A stretch of 46,355 nucleotides of DNA from an uncultured Gemmatimonadota bacterium (GCA_964347085.1 CAYFXF010000005.1:1-46355); one strand, 5' to 3'. Positions 27,619-38,079 are shown, numbered from the stretch's first letter. Numbers and translations are program-made. Notes: a model not told the origin generated them from the sequence alone.

Positions 27619-28662
27619 ATGAGCGACCGGACCATCCTCGCCGTCGAGACCTCGTGCGATGATACGGCAGCGGCCGTGCTGCGCGGCGAGCGAGAGCTGC
27701 TAGCCCATGTGATCGCTACCCAGGACATGCACGCGGGCTGGGGAGGTGTGGTCCCCGAGCTGGCCTCGCGGGCGCAATTGCAGGTGATAGACAGCATCGT
27801 GGCAAGGACTCTGGCCCAAGCGGAGCTGGGCTTGGAGCGAGTCGACGCCTTCGCGGTGACCGTCGGGCCGGGGCTCATCGGCTCGCTGCTCGTAGGGCTC
27901 AACTGGATCAAGGCAGCCGCCTACGCGCTCGGCCGGCCGCTCGTCGGCATCCACCACATGGAGGCCCACCTTTTCGCCACAGCGCTCGAGGACGAGTGTG
28001 CGCGACCACCGTTCGTCGCGCTGCTCGTCTCTGGCGGACATACGCTCTTGCTGTTCGCGGAGGACTGGGGTCGCTACCGGCTACTGGGTGGGACGCGGGA
28101 CGATGCCGCCGGCGAGGCGTTCGACAAGGTGGCCCGATTGTTGGGGCTTGGTTATCCCGGTGGGCCCGCGATCGAGCGACTGGCGCAGGAGGGGGATGCC
28201 GACCGCCACCCTTTCACGGTGCCCATGCTGCGGAGTGATCAAACCGAGAAGAGCCGCGACTACTATGACATGTCGTTCAGCGGTCTGAAGACGGCCGTGC
28301 TCATGCGAGTGCGCGCGTTGGACGATCAGGGTCAGGGAGCGGAAGAGGAGTTGCCACACCTCTGTGCGAGCTTTCAGCAAGCAGCGGTCAGGCAATTGAC
28401 GGAAAAGACGCTGCGGGCCGTGAGGGCGACGGGCTGCAAGCGCGTGGTCCTCGGTGGCGGCGTGGCGCGCAACAGGACGCTGGCAAAGACTCTGCGCGCT
28501 CGACTGCCCGAGAACAGCGAGGTCTTTGTGCCGTCGCCGAGGCTTGCGACGGACAACGCGGCGATGGTGGCGCGGGCGGCGTACTTTCGGCTTGGGCGCG
28601 GCGAGCGGAGCGGGCTCGACCTGAATGCGCGGGCGGATCTGCCCTTGCCGGGGGTGGTTTGA
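27619..28662 (+). CDS. tsaD: tRNA N6-adenosine threonylcarbamoyltransferase TsaD
   Basis: ILAVETSCDDTAAAV, HHMEAHL, VSGGHT, and GGVARN. Confidence 0.92.
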   Translation: MSDRTILAVETSCDDTAAAVLRGERELLAHVIATQDMHAGWGGVVPELASRAQLQVIDSIVARTLAQAELGLERVDAFAVTVGPGLIGSLLVGLNWIKAAAYALGRPLVGIHHMEAHLFATALEDECARPPFVALLVSGGHTLLLFAEDWGRYRLLGGTRDDAAGEAFDKVARLLGLGYPGGPAIERLAQEGDADRHPFTVPMLRSDQTEKSRDYYDMSFSGLKTAVLMRVRALDDQGQGAEEELPHLCASFQQAAVRQLTEKTLRAVRATGCKRVVLGGGVARNRTLAKTLRARLPENSEVFVPSPRLATDNAAMVARAAYFRLGRGERSGLDLNARADLPLPGVV

Positions 28663-28711
28663 CGGTCGTGAGCGTCTTGCTGAATGCCCCGGGCTGACGG
28701 AGCTTGAGTCC

Positions 28712-29548
28712 ATGTACCCCGTACTCTTCCGTTTCCGCGGTCTCGAGATCACCTCGTTCGGCCTCATGCTCGGCCTGTCTTTCCTCGTCGCAGGCTGGAT
28801 CGTGGGCGTGGAACTCAAGCGCAAAGGCTACGAACGGGAGGCAGCCTGGTCGCTTCTCATGGGAGCGATCGTGGGAGGCATAGTCGGCGCCAAGCTCTAC
28901 TATGCGTTCCTCGACTGGCCGCTCCTGATTCGGCAGCCGCTGCAGACGCTCTTCTCACGCGCCGGCCTGGTGTGGTACGGTGGTCTGCTCGGCGGCGCGC
29001 TGGGCGTGATATTCATGGCGCGGCGCGAGAAGCTCCCCGTCCCCACAATTGCCGACACGGCAGCACTCGCCCTGCCTCTGGCCTACGCCGTCGGTCGGGT
29101 CGGCTGCTTTCTGGTGGGTGATGACTATGGGGGGCCGACCGACAGCTGGGTGGGTTTGGCGTTCCCGAAGGGCTCGCCTCCGTCGACGGCGCAGAACCTT
29201 CGCGACTACTTCGGGGTCGCATTGCCGGACTCGGTGGCGGCCTGGGAGGTCGTACGCGTGCATCCGACCCAGCTGTATGAGATCGGCGTCTCGCTGCTGA
29301 TCTTCGCGTTGCTTTTCCGATTGCGACGTCACCCTCACCGGGCTGGCTGGCTGTTCATGGTGTATCTAGCTTGTGCCGGCCTCGGGCGCGGCTTTGTCGA
29401 GTTCTTCCGTGCCAAGGATGATCGCTTCTTCGGACCATTCACCCTGGCGCAGGTCATCAGCGTCCTGCTGATCGTCTCGGGCGTCTACGGAGCGACGGTC
29501 CTAAGGCGCGCCCGAGCCGCCCGAATATCGGGATCACCCGGGCCTTAG
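28712..29548 (+). CDS. lgt: Prolipoprotein diacylglyceryl transferase
   Basis: Polytopic membrane protein with GRVGCFLVGDDYG and HPTQLYE motifs. ATG 28712 lies within the longer ORF. Confidence 0.9.
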   Translation: MYPVLFRFRGLEITSFGLMLGLSFLVAGWIVGVELKRKGYEREAAWSLLMGAIVGGIVGAKLYYAFLDWPLLIRQPLQTLFSRAGLVWYGGLLGGALGVIFMARREKLPVPTIADTAALALPLAYAVGRVGCFLVGDDYGGPTDSWVGLAFPKGSPPSTAQNLRDYFGVALPDSVAAWEVVRVHPTQLYEIGVSLLIFALLFRLRRHPHRAGWLFMVYLACAGLGRGFVEFFRAKDDRFFGPFTLAQVISVLLIVSGVYGATVLRRARAARISGSPGP

Positions 29549-29569
29549 CCGAGCCGCGGCGCCACTGCT

Positions 29570-30427
29570 GTGCCCACGCTACTCCATATCTCCGACCTGC
29601 ATTTTGGCGAGCCATTTCTAGCCGAGGTGGCGGAGGCCGTCGTAGCGCACAGTCAGGAGCTCGGGCCCGACGTGGTGGTGGTCTCGGGCGATCTGACCCA
29701 ACGGGCGCGGGCCGCTCAGTTCCGGCAAGCCGCCGAGTACTTGCGGCGTTTCGAGCCACCGGTGGTCGTGACGCCGGGCAATCACGACGTTCCGTTCTAC
29801 CGCATCTGGGAACGCTTCCTGGCGCCCTACCGCAACTATCGCCGCTACATCTCTGAGGAACTCGACAGCGTGACGGAGGTTACCGGCCTTCGTATCGTTG
29901 CGCTGAACTCGAGTCGCAGGTTGACCTTGACGAACGGTCGGATTCGCCGTTCGCAGCTCGACTTCGCTTCGCGGGCGTTCGAGGATGCGGATGGATCCCT
30001 GGTGCGGATCGTGGTGACGCATCACCACCTGGCTCCGCCGCCGGGGTTCCAACGTGGCAACGTGATGCCTTTCGCTCGTCGGGCGCTCAAGCGCTTCACG
30101 CACTTGAAAACGGATCTCATCCTAGCCGGTCACATGCATCGCTCCTATATCGGCAGCTCGCTGGACTTCTTCCCCGGCGACCTTGGGCGCCGAGGCATTG
30201 TGATCGTGCAGTGCGGGACCACGACGTCCCGGCGGGGTCGAGGTGTCGAGCGCGAGCGCAACACCTTGAACGTGATCCGGGTCGGCGACGGGACGATTCG
30301 AGTTGCGCACCATGCCTGGAACAAGAGGCTCGCTCGCTTCATGCCGATCAGCGAGCACCTGTTTCCGGGCGGTTCGAGGGAGTACTTGGGTGAGGTCGAT
30401 GAAGCCGGCGGTCCGGGGACGGCCTGA
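29570..30427 (+). CDS. Metallophosphoesterase (calcineurin-like)
   Basis: ISDLHFG, SGDLTQ, GNHD, VTHHH and GHMH motifs. Confidence 0.8.
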   Translation: MPTLLHISDLHFGEPFLAEVAEAVVAHSQELGPDVVVVSGDLTQRARAAQFRQAAEYLRRFEPPVVVTPGNHDVPFYRIWERFLAPYRNYRRYISEELDSVTEVTGLRIVALNSSRRLTLTNGRIRRSQLDFASRAFEDADGSLVRIVVTHHHLAPPPGFQRGNVMPFARRALKRFTHLKTDLILAGHMHRSYIGSSLDFFPGDLGRRGIVIVQCGTTTSRRGRGVERERNTLNVIRVGDGTIRVAHHAWNKRLARFMPISEHLFPGGSREYLGEVDEAGGPGTA

Positions 30428-32666
30428 GCGACGGAGCACGGGCCGCCTGGCGCTCGTCTGCCTCGCGCTGCTCGCCGGCCTCGCGCCGGCCGAGCCCGCC
30501 CGGGCCCAGGGCACGGCCCGCGACACGTTGCCGGTTGTCCGCAATCTAGAGATCAGTGGCAACGAGAAGCTGAGTGACGACGAGCTCAAGAGGGCGATCG
30601 CGACCCGGTCGAGCGGGTGCCGCTCGGCGTTCCTCAGCCCCTTCTGTTGGCTGGGGCTCGACGCGTTCAAGCGCAAGGCGCGGCTGGACCTGCGTGAGTT
30701 ACGCACCGACCTCGCCCGCCTTCGCATCTACTACTTCCGGCGCGGGTACCGTCAGGTTCAGGTCGACACGGCGCTGGTGCGCGAGGGGAAGCTCGTCGAC
30801 GTGACCTTCGTCATCGACGAGGGTCAGCCGGTTCTGGTAGGCAGCCTCGAGGCGCGGGGGCTCGAGGGGATCGCACCACGGCTGGCTCGCAACCTTCCCC
30901 TAAACGTCGGTGCTCCGTTCAGCGAGGTGGAGCTCGGTGTTTCGCGGGATCGACTCGAGCGCGGACTGCGTAACCTAGGCTACGCGGAAGCTGCGGTGCT
31001 GGTGGAGGCCTCGATCCCCGGAGCCGACACGCTGACGGCCCATGTCGTGCTCGAGGTGATTCCCGGCCCGCGCTACAACATCGGCGCCATCGAGGTGGAG
31101 GGTACTTCGGAGCTCGACCCGCGCGACGTCGTGCGGCTGCTCACCTTCCGCTCCGGTGACTTGTATCGGGAGGACGAGATCGTCCGCAGCCAACGCACGC
31201 TCTACTCGCTGGCGCTGTTCGATTACGTCGACATCACCGCCGAGCCGTCCGGCGCCGATTCCACGATCGACGTCCGAGTCCAGGTCAACGAAGCCGAGAT
31301 GCGTGGCGTGCAGTTTGGGGTCGGCGTCTCGACGACCGAATGCTTGCAGCTGGAAGCAGGTTGGGCGCACCGCAATCTCTACGGAGGTACCCGACGGCTC
31401 GACGTGACCGGCGTCCTCTCGAACCTTGGGACCCAGGCCTGGGCGCGGCAGTTCCCCTGCAACCAGGCCGGCGACACCACGGAGCTCGCGACCAACCCCT
31501 TCAACAAGATAAACTGGCGGTTACGCGCTGAGTTTCAGCAGCCGTGGCTGCTGGGCACGCAGAACTGGTTGCGACTGGGTGTGTTTACCGAGCGGCAGAG
31601 CTTGCCGCCTATCTACGCCCGCGTCAGCTACGGTGGGGACGCGCGATTGACTCGGGAAATCGCGCCGGGGACCGCGCTCAGCGCTTCTTTCCGGGCTGGG
31701 CGTGACAGCTTGGAGGAGGGGAGCGCCGATTTCCTGTTTTGCGCCAACTTCGGCGTGTGCACGCCGAGCGACATCGAGACACTCTCGGAGACGCGCTGGC
31801 TCAACTGGGTGACCCTCGACTTTGTGCGCAGCACGACGGACGCGGTCCTTAGTCCCACCCGCGGCTACCGGCTTAGCCTGGAAGGCGAGCATGCGTCGCG
31901 CCTGACCGGCTCCGAGTGGACATACTATCGGGCCCAGGCCGAGCTGAGCTGGTATCAGCGGTTCGGGCCCGGCCGGATCGTGGCGCTGCGGGTACGGGGG
32001 GGTCGGGTCGTGCCGATCGGCTCCGGCTTGGAAGGGGTCAGCCTCGAGGAGGTGAGGGAGCCGGTGACCAATCCACTCAAGCGGCAGTACGCAGGTGGAG
32101 CGTACACGGTGCGCGGATTCGGGCAAAATCTTCTCGGCCCGAAGGTGCTGCTGGCCAATGCCTCGGAGTTGGCCGACACGACGCGAGCAGGGGCAGGGGC
32201 CTGCGACCCGACGGAGGTGACGGAAAAGAACATCTGGATCTGCGACCCGACGGCGGCAGGCCTGACCTCCGATGACGTGGTCCCACGGCCGGTGGGCGGC
32301 GAAAACTCTGTGGTCGCGAACGCCGAGTTGCGCTGGCCGCTCGGTAGCCGCTGGACCGGGGTCGTCTTCGTGGACCTGGGCAAAGTCTGGACAGTGGGCG
32401 GAGAGAAGAGTGAAGCGGAGTCACTGGCTTGGTCACCGGGCATCGGACTCCGCTACCGCAGCCCGGTGGGGCCGCTACGTCTAGATATCGGCTACAACAC
32501 AGGGAGTAGTGAGCGGCTACGGGTGGTGAGCGTGCTGGGAACCGGCGCCGAGACGACGATCGTCCAGCTCAGCGAACTTTTCAACCACGACCCGTTCGAG
32601 GGATCCGGCTTGCGAGGTTTCTTGAACCGGTTGCAGCTCCACTTTTCGATCGGACACGCGTTCTAG
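30399..32666 (+). CDS. Omp85 (BamA/TamA family) outer membrane protein, about 3 POTRA repeats plus a beta-barrel
   Basis: Signal peptide (LALVCLALLAGLAPAEPARAQG), POTRA-like repeats, a surface-antigen barrel, and C-terminal beta-signal ending ...HFSIGHAF. Its stop overlaps the tamB-like start. Confidence 0.85.
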   Translation: MKPAVRGRPERRSTGRLALVCLALLAGLAPAEPARAQGTARDTLPVVRNLEISGNEKLSDDELKRAIATRSSGCRSAFLSPFCWLGLDAFKRKARLDLRELRTDLARLRIYYFRRGYRQVQVDTALVREGKLVDVTFVIDEGQPVLVGSLEARGLEGIAPRLARNLPLNVGAPFSEVELGVSRDRLERGLRNLGYAEAAVLVEASIPGADTLTAHVVLEVIPGPRYNIGAIEVEGTSELDPRDVVRLLTFRSGDLYREDEIVRSQRTLYSLALFDYVDITAEPSGADSTIDVRVQVNEAEMRGVQFGVGVSTTECLQLEAGWAHRNLYGGTRRLDVTGVLSNLGTQAWARQFPCNQAGDTTELATNPFNKINWRLRAEFQQPWLLGTQNWLRLGVFTERQSLPPIYARVSYGGDARLTREIAPGTALSASFRAGRDSLEEGSADFLFCANFGVCTPSDIETLSETRWLNWVTLDFVRSTTDAVLSPTRGYRLSLEGEHASRLTGSEWTYYRAQAELSWYQRFGPGRIVALRVRGGRVVPIGSGLEGVSLEEVREPVTNPLKRQYAGGAYTVRGFGQNLLGPKVLLANASELADTTRAGAGACDPTEVTEKNIWICDPTAAGLTSDDVVPRPVGGENSVVANAELRWPLGSRWTGVVFVDLGKVWTVGGEKSEAESLAWSPGIGLRYRSPVGPLRLDIGYNTGSSERLRVVSVLGTGAETTIVQLSELFNHDPFEGSGLRGFLNRLQLHFSIGHAF

Positions 32667-35600
32667 TGACCTGGAAAGAGCGGCTCATCGGCATCCCGCT
32701 GGCCATCGTCGGAGCGTTGCTGCTGCTCGCGACCGGCGCCGGCATGCTGCTAACGCGGACGGATTGGGGCCGGGAGCAGGTGAGGTCGTTTGCCCTTGAG
32801 AAGCTGAACGCGGCAATCCGCGGGCGGGTGGAGATCGATGCGGTTCTGGAGGGCGATCTGCTCCGCATGGTGCGCTTTGCTGGGGTACGTCTGTACGAGC
32901 CGAACGGGGTGGAGTTCGCGCGGGTGGATACCCTGGCGGTTCACTATCGTTGGGCGGACTTCCTGGTCGGGAACGTGATGTTGCCGCAGGTGACGCTGAT
33001 CGGGCCGGTCGTCAACCTGCGGAAGTCACCGGAGGAAGATTGGAACTTCCTAGCGATCTTCCGGGGCCAAAGCGAACCCGACACGGCGGAGGCGAGACCC
33101 GAGCCACGGCAACCTGGGAGTCGGCGCCGCGTCGTGCTCCGGGACGTCACGATTCGCGGAGGTGACGTGTCGCTCCGCTTGCCCTGGGAGCCGGAGCGCG
33201 ATGGGGAGGCGGACACGACTCGCTGGTACGTGGAGCGAACCGACGGTGGTTGGCAGCGGGTGTTTCGCCTCGAGCGGCTCAACGCTCGGCTGCCGAACGC
33301 TCGAGTGGTCGCGCCGCAGGAGCAGGGTCGGCTGTTCCAGATCGCGCAGCTGAGCGGCATCGCTACTGTGATCGGCGAACCGATTGAGCTGGTGCAGCTC
33401 CGTGCGGACCTCGAGCTCCACGGCGATTCGCTCTCCTTCGACATCTGGGAGGCCGACCTGCCGGCATCGCATCTGTTCGGTCAAGGCTGGGTCACGCTGG
33501 CAGGAGAGCTCCAATACGACTTGACGTTGCGGGCCAACCCGGTAGCGACGCGGGACCTGGTCTGGTTGATCCCCAGACTGCCAGCCGGCGTGGCCGAGCT
33601 GGACTTTGCTATGCGGAGTCTGGACCGCGGGATCGAGTTCCAGCTGCAGAACGCGGACTGGGAGTCGCAGGACGCCCGGCTCAGAGGCCGGTTTGCCGTG
33701 CGTTTAGGGGAGGGTGGCGTTGGGCCCGAGTTCAGGGACGTCGCGCTGGACATCGCGCGCCTGAACACGGCCCTGGCCGGTCCACTGATCGGGTGGCAGC
33801 CCCCGCTCGAGGCCGTTCTATCGGGAACGGTCGCCCTCGACGGATCGATGTCGGCGCTGCGCGTCGATGCCGACGTGCTGATCGAAACGGAGAGCGCCGA
33901 CACGCTGTCACGCGTGAAGGGTGTCGGCACTATCCACGCTGCGACCGGAGCACTCGGAGCGTCCGGACTCGAGCTTGAGTTCGCGCCCCTCGAGCTGGCG
34001 CTGGTGCGATCCTTCGCGCCGGGCCTGGCGGTCGAGGGTCGGCTGAACGGGGTTGCAAATCTGGACGGAAGCTTGCCGTCGGGCCTGGCGATCCAGTTCG
34101 ATGTCGAACAGCGCGATCGAACTCTGGTCCCGAATCGACTGAGCGGCCGTGGAACGGTGGCGGCGGACGGGCGGTCACCAACGCGACTCGATTTCCGGGC
34201 CCGCGCCGACCCGATCTCTCTGACCACGCTGGCCCGTTACTACCCCGCCGTTCCATTTCGCGGTGACTTCCGCGGCGACCTGCGTGTCGCCGGTGGCCTG
34301 GACGATCTGGCTGTGGAGGTGGATCTGTCCGGGCTCGGCGACTCGCTGCAGGTGCGTGGGAACCTGCAGCTGGCCGCCATACCACCCCGTTATAGCGGGT
34401 TCGTGCGCGGCTGGCGGATCCGCTTGCCGGAATTCCGGCGCGGTTTGCCGATCTCTGACCTCGACTTTCGAGTGGAAGGCGAGGGGCAGGGGGCCAGGCT
34501 GCCGGAACTGCAGGCACGTGGACAGCTAGACGTCTTCGCCTCCTTCGTGGGTGGCGTGCGCGTGGACTCGGCAACGGCGGCCGTGGGTGTGAGCGGCGGT
34601 CGGCTGACCGTCGACACGTCCCTGGTCAAAGGTGAGTTCGGCGAGCTGACTATCTGGGGCGGTCTGCGCCTGACGGATGCTGCGGCGGACAGCCTCTTTG
34701 TTGAACTGGTAGCGGACAGCCTCGGCGCGCTCAACCCCTGGCTCTTTCCAGACTACGGCCCCACAGGCGCCCCTGCGCTGGCGGCAAACGGATCGGAGGG
34801 CGTCGTTGGTCAAGAGGCTCCTCGAGTCGAAGGCCAGGCGCGGGTCAGCGGTCGGCTGGTGCGTGAGTCGGGCCGCCTAGCCCTGCGCGGACGTCTCGAG
34901 GGTGAAGGGATCGGCTATCGTGATTGGACGGCGGAGGGCCTGGAGGTCGAGTCGTTCGAGGTCGGTAGTCCAGAAGGTGGCGTGCGGGCGGTCGGCGAGC
35001 TGACGGCCAGGGGTGTGGGGTTGGGAGAGCTGCGCTTCGAGGAACTGAGGCTGCGCGGCGGCCTGGTGGATACCGTGACTACGCTCGATTTCGAGCTGGC
35101 CAAGCCTGACGCTTCGGCTCAGGGTCGGTTGCGAATCGGCCTGGGCCAGACGGCGCGCACGATCGGGCTCGATTCACTCGCACTTCAATTCGGGGAAGGG
35201 GTGTGGGCGCTGGCCCAGCCAGCCCAGCTTCGACTGGAGGAGACGGGTGCGCTCGCCGTTGAGGACTTCAGGCTAGTGAGCGGAGGGCGGCGGATCGCGC
35301 TGGAGGGCGCCATCGGGGTCACGGGCCCAGCGACCTTCAGCGCCCAGCTCGGCGGCGTGAATCTCTCCGACATTGATCGCCTGTGGCCGGATAGCTTGGG
35401 CCTGGCGGGCCAGCTCCGGCTCGACGCCCAGCTTAGCGGCCGGGTCCGCGATCCTATCGTGCAGGGTGAGTTCGAGATCGTCGACGGTCAGCTGTTCGGC
35501 GTGTCCTTTAGCAGTTTCCGCGGTACACTCGCGTACCAAGGGAGCGCGCTCGCGCTGGACGCCTCCGCCTGGCAGGACCGTACGCGCCTCTTCCGTCTCC

Positions 35601-37087
35601 ACGGCACGCTACCGCTCGAGTTGCAGCTACCACGTGTGGAGCTTGCGTTGCCAGAGCGCGAGATCGACCTGCGGCTGGAGGGCGACCGCGTGCCCCTGAC
35701 GCTCGCTTTGCTCATCTCGGACCAGATTGACGACGTGACGGGCCACGCAGGCGCGGCCGTCCGCATCGGTGGAACGTCGGAGACGTTGAACCTCGAGGGA
35801 CCGATAACGCTCGTCGATGGCAGCTTCCGCGTTGTCCGAACGGGTATCAGGTACCAGGCGCTGGAAGGCGACCTCTCTTTCCGTGGCACCACGCTTACCG
35901 TCGAGCAAGCTCGACTCCGCAGCTCGACCGGCGGCCGCGGCGTGGTGACCGGCACGGTCGATCTGCTCGATCTGACCAACCCGCGCTTCGACCTGCAGCT
36001 AACCGCGCAGGCCTTGCCTGTCTACGACCAACTTGACGCGCGAGCCGTGGTCTCGGGTACTACGACCCTGCGGGGCCCTTACGAGGAGCCCGAATTCACC
36101 GGCGCGGTGTCGGTGGTGAGCGGCGTATTGTTCGTCGAGGAGATCGGCCGGCAGCGGCGGATCGTCGATCCCTTCAAGGAGAGACTTCTGCTCATCGATA
36201 CGATCTTCGGATTCGATGTTGCCGGGCGCCAGCGCAGTCCATTCATGGAGAACCTCACAATGGACCTCGGCCTCAAGGTCGAGCGAGACACATGGCTGAG
36301 GTCCGAGGAGATGAACGTCGAGATCGCGGGCGACCTCGTGGCGCGAATGCAACCCGGCGAGGAACTCCCCCGTATCACCGGCACGTTGCAGGCGATTCGA
36401 GGCGAATACCGATTTCTCAACAAGCGTTTCGAGGTCAACGAGGGCACGATCGAATTTGTCGGCTCGGAGACCGTCAACCCGAACCTGCGGATCGTGGCGC
36501 TCTACACCGTCCGGACGCAGAAACGCCCGATCCAGATCCGCCTGGTCATCGGCGGCACGCTCGAGGACATGACGTTGACCCTTGAGAGCACAACTCAGCC
36601 ACCCATTCCGGAGTCTGATCTTCTCTCTTACCTGGTGTTCGGCAGACCGTCCTACGAGCTCACCCGCGGCAGTGAAGAGAGCAGTTTGCTGGGGGACATC
36701 ACGCGCGGTGCGCCGCAGGCGCTGTTCGGTTATGCGTTGGGCTCTCTGCTCGTCGGCGAGTCGGGCATCGCCTACATTGACGTGAGCCGGGTCGAAGCGG
36801 GAGGTGCCGAGACGGAATACCGCGGCGGCGTGGGTCCCGCGCTCTCGGCCACCCAGGTCGAAGTCGGTTGGTATCTGGCTCCCACGGTCTTCGTCAGCGT
36901 CGCTCAGCAGCTGATCGGCGTTGTGCGGCCCACCGTTCGGCTCGAATGGCGCCTGGACGACCGCCTCACAATTCGCGGCGTTACCGAGCCGCGCTTCGGT
37001 AGCGAAGGGATTCTCGCCTTCGAAGCCTCAGGTACCGATCTCGAGCAATCGTTCGGCGTCTTCTTGTTTTACGGTTGGGCCTATTAG
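32666..37087 (+). CDS. Translocation and assembly module protein TamB-like (AsmA/DUF490 family)
   Basis: 1473 aa with an N-terminal anchor, a long beta-rich repetitive body, and a DUF490-like C-terminus. It immediately follows the Omp85 gene (TAGTG overlap). Confidence 0.8.
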   Translation: MTWKERLIGIPLAIVGALLLLATGAGMLLTRTDWGREQVRSFALEKLNAAIRGRVEIDAVLEGDLLRMVRFAGVRLYEPNGVEFARVDTLAVHYRWADFLVGNVMLPQVTLIGPVVNLRKSPEEDWNFLAIFRGQSEPDTAEARPEPRQPGSRRRVVLRDVTIRGGDVSLRLPWEPERDGEADTTRWYVERTDGGWQRVFRLERLNARLPNARVVAPQEQGRLFQIAQLSGIATVIGEPIELVQLRADLELHGDSLSFDIWEADLPASHLFGQGWVTLAGELQYDLTLRANPVATRDLVWLIPRLPAGVAELDFAMRSLDRGIEFQLQNADWESQDARLRGRFAVRLGEGGVGPEFRDVALDIARLNTALAGPLIGWQPPLEAVLSGTVALDGSMSALRVDADVLIETESADTLSRVKGVGTIHAATGALGASGLELEFAPLELALVRSFAPGLAVEGRLNGVANLDGSLPSGLAIQFDVEQRDRTLVPNRLSGRGTVAADGRSPTRLDFRARADPISLTTLARYYPAVPFRGDFRGDLRVAGGLDDLAVEVDLSGLGDSLQVRGNLQLAAIPPRYSGFVRGWRIRLPEFRRGLPISDLDFRVEGEGQGARLPELQARGQLDVFASFVGGVRVDSATAAVGVSGGRLTVDTSLVKGEFGELTIWGGLRLTDAAADSLFVELVADSLGALNPWLFPDYGPTGAPALAANGSEGVVGQEAPRVEGQARVSGRLVRESGRLALRGRLEGEGIGYRDWTAEGLEVESFEVGSPEGGVRAVGELTARGVGLGELRFEELRLRGGLVDTVTTLDFELAKPDASAQGRLRIGLGQTARTIGLDSLALQFGEGVWALAQPAQLRLEETGALAVEDFRLVSGGRRIALEGAIGVTGPATFSAQLGGVNLSDIDRLWPDSLGLAGQLRLDAQLSGRVRDPIVQGEFEIVDGQLFGVSFSSFRGTLAYQGSALALDASAWQDRTRLFRLHGTLPLELQLPRVELALPEREIDLRLEGDRVPLTLALLISDQIDDVTGHAGAAVRIGGTSETLNLEGPITLVDGSFRVVRTGIRYQALEGDLSFRGTTLTVEQARLRSSTGGRGVVTGTVDLLDLTNPRFDLQLTAQALPVYDQLDARAVVSGTTTLRGPYEEPEFTGAVSVVSGVLFVEEIGRQRRIVDPFKERLLLIDTIFGFDVAGRQRSPFMENLTMDLGLKVERDTWLRSEEMNVEIAGDLVARMQPGEELPRITGTLQAIRGEYRFLNKRFEVNEGTIEFVGSETVNPNLRIVALYTVRTQKRPIQIRLVIGGTLEDMTLTLESTTQPPIPESDLLSYLVFGRPSYELTRGSEESSLLGDITRGAPQALFGYALGSLLVGESGIAYIDVSRVEAGGAETEYRGGVGPALSATQVEVGWYLAPTVFVSVAQQLIGVVRPTVRLEWRLDDRLTIRGVTEPRFGSEGILAFEASGTDLEQSFGVFLFYGWAY

Positions 37088-37231
37088 AGGCGCCAGCTGC
37101 GGTCCAGGCTAGCCGCGCCGACCCCGGTTTGAGTAAGTTTTCAGAGTTCGACTACAGAATCGATTCCGCGTTCCAGGGTCGTAGCTCGGGCAGATGAGCT
37201 CAGGTGGCGGCCGCGTTATCGAGGTCAGGGT

Positions 37232-38056
37232 ATGAGGAATTACGTCAAGGTATTCGGGCTCATGGCGGCCCTCACAGCGCTGGTCCTGGGTATCGCCTAT
37301 CAGTCGGGCGGCCCCGGGGCCTTGCTGCCAGCCTTCCTGCTCGTGGGACTGTTCAACTTCGGGATGTTCTGGTTCAGCGACCGGGCGGTGCTGCGCGCCT
37401 ACCGGGCGCGCGTGATAGAATCTGAGGACAGCCCGCAGCTCTATGCGATGGTAGACCGGCTGCGCCAGCAAGCCGGGCTGCCGATGCCGAAAGTGGCGAT
37501 CGCCCCGAGCCCGCAGCCCAATGCGTTCGCCACTGGTCGCAATCCGGAGCGCGCGGTGGTCTGCTTTACCCAGGGGATTCTTCAGGCGCTGAACCGTGCC
37601 GAGCTCGAGGGCGTCGCCGCGCATGAGCTGGCTCACATCAAGAACCGCGACATGCTCACCAACACAGTGGCCGCCACCATGGCGGGTGCGGTGATGATGC
37701 TCGCGCGCCTGGCATTCTTCTTCGGTGACCGGAACCGCAACCCGATCGCCGGACTCGCGATGCTGATTCTGGCGCCACTGGCGGCCGTGCTCGTCCAGAT
37801 GGCGATCAGCCGGCAGATGGAGTTTCGGGCGGACCGCGCCGGCGCCGAGATCGCCGGTTCACCCTTGGGCCTGGCCCGGGCGCTGGAGAGCCTGGAGAGC
37901 CACGCACGCCGCATCCCCATGGAGGTGAGCCCGTCGGCGGCGCACGTGTGTATCGTGAACCCGCTGCGGCGCGGAGCGCTCATGGGACTGTTTCGCACAC
38001 ACCCTCCGACCGAGGAGAGGGTCGCCCGACTTGAGGAACTCGCCGGCGTCGTCTAG
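37232..38056 (+). CDS. htpX: Zinc metalloprotease HtpX (M48 family)
   Basis: Four TM segments, HELAHIKNRD (HExxH), and C-terminal THPPTEERV. Confidence 0.9.
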   Translation: MRNYVKVFGLMAALTALVLGIAYQSGGPGALLPAFLLVGLFNFGMFWFSDRAVLRAYRARVIESEDSPQLYAMVDRLRQQAGLPMPKVAIAPSPQPNAFATGRNPERAVVCFTQGILQALNRAELEGVAAHELAHIKNRDMLTNTVAATMAGAVMMLARLAFFFGDRNRNPIAGLAMLILAPLAAVLVQMAISRQMEFRADRAGAEIAGSPLGLARALESLESHARRIPMEVSPSAAHVCIVNPLRRGALMGLFRTHPPTEERVARLEELAGVV

Positions 38057-38079
38057 TTACGGTCCGCCGGAGCGCTTTC

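Noticed and set aside
37128-37160. Possible sigma-70 promoter TTGAGT-N17/18-(C)TACAGA upstream of htpX, in a locally AT-richer patch.
   Set aside because: The -10 matches only 3 of 6 consensus positions. This is too weak to report as a feature without TSS data.
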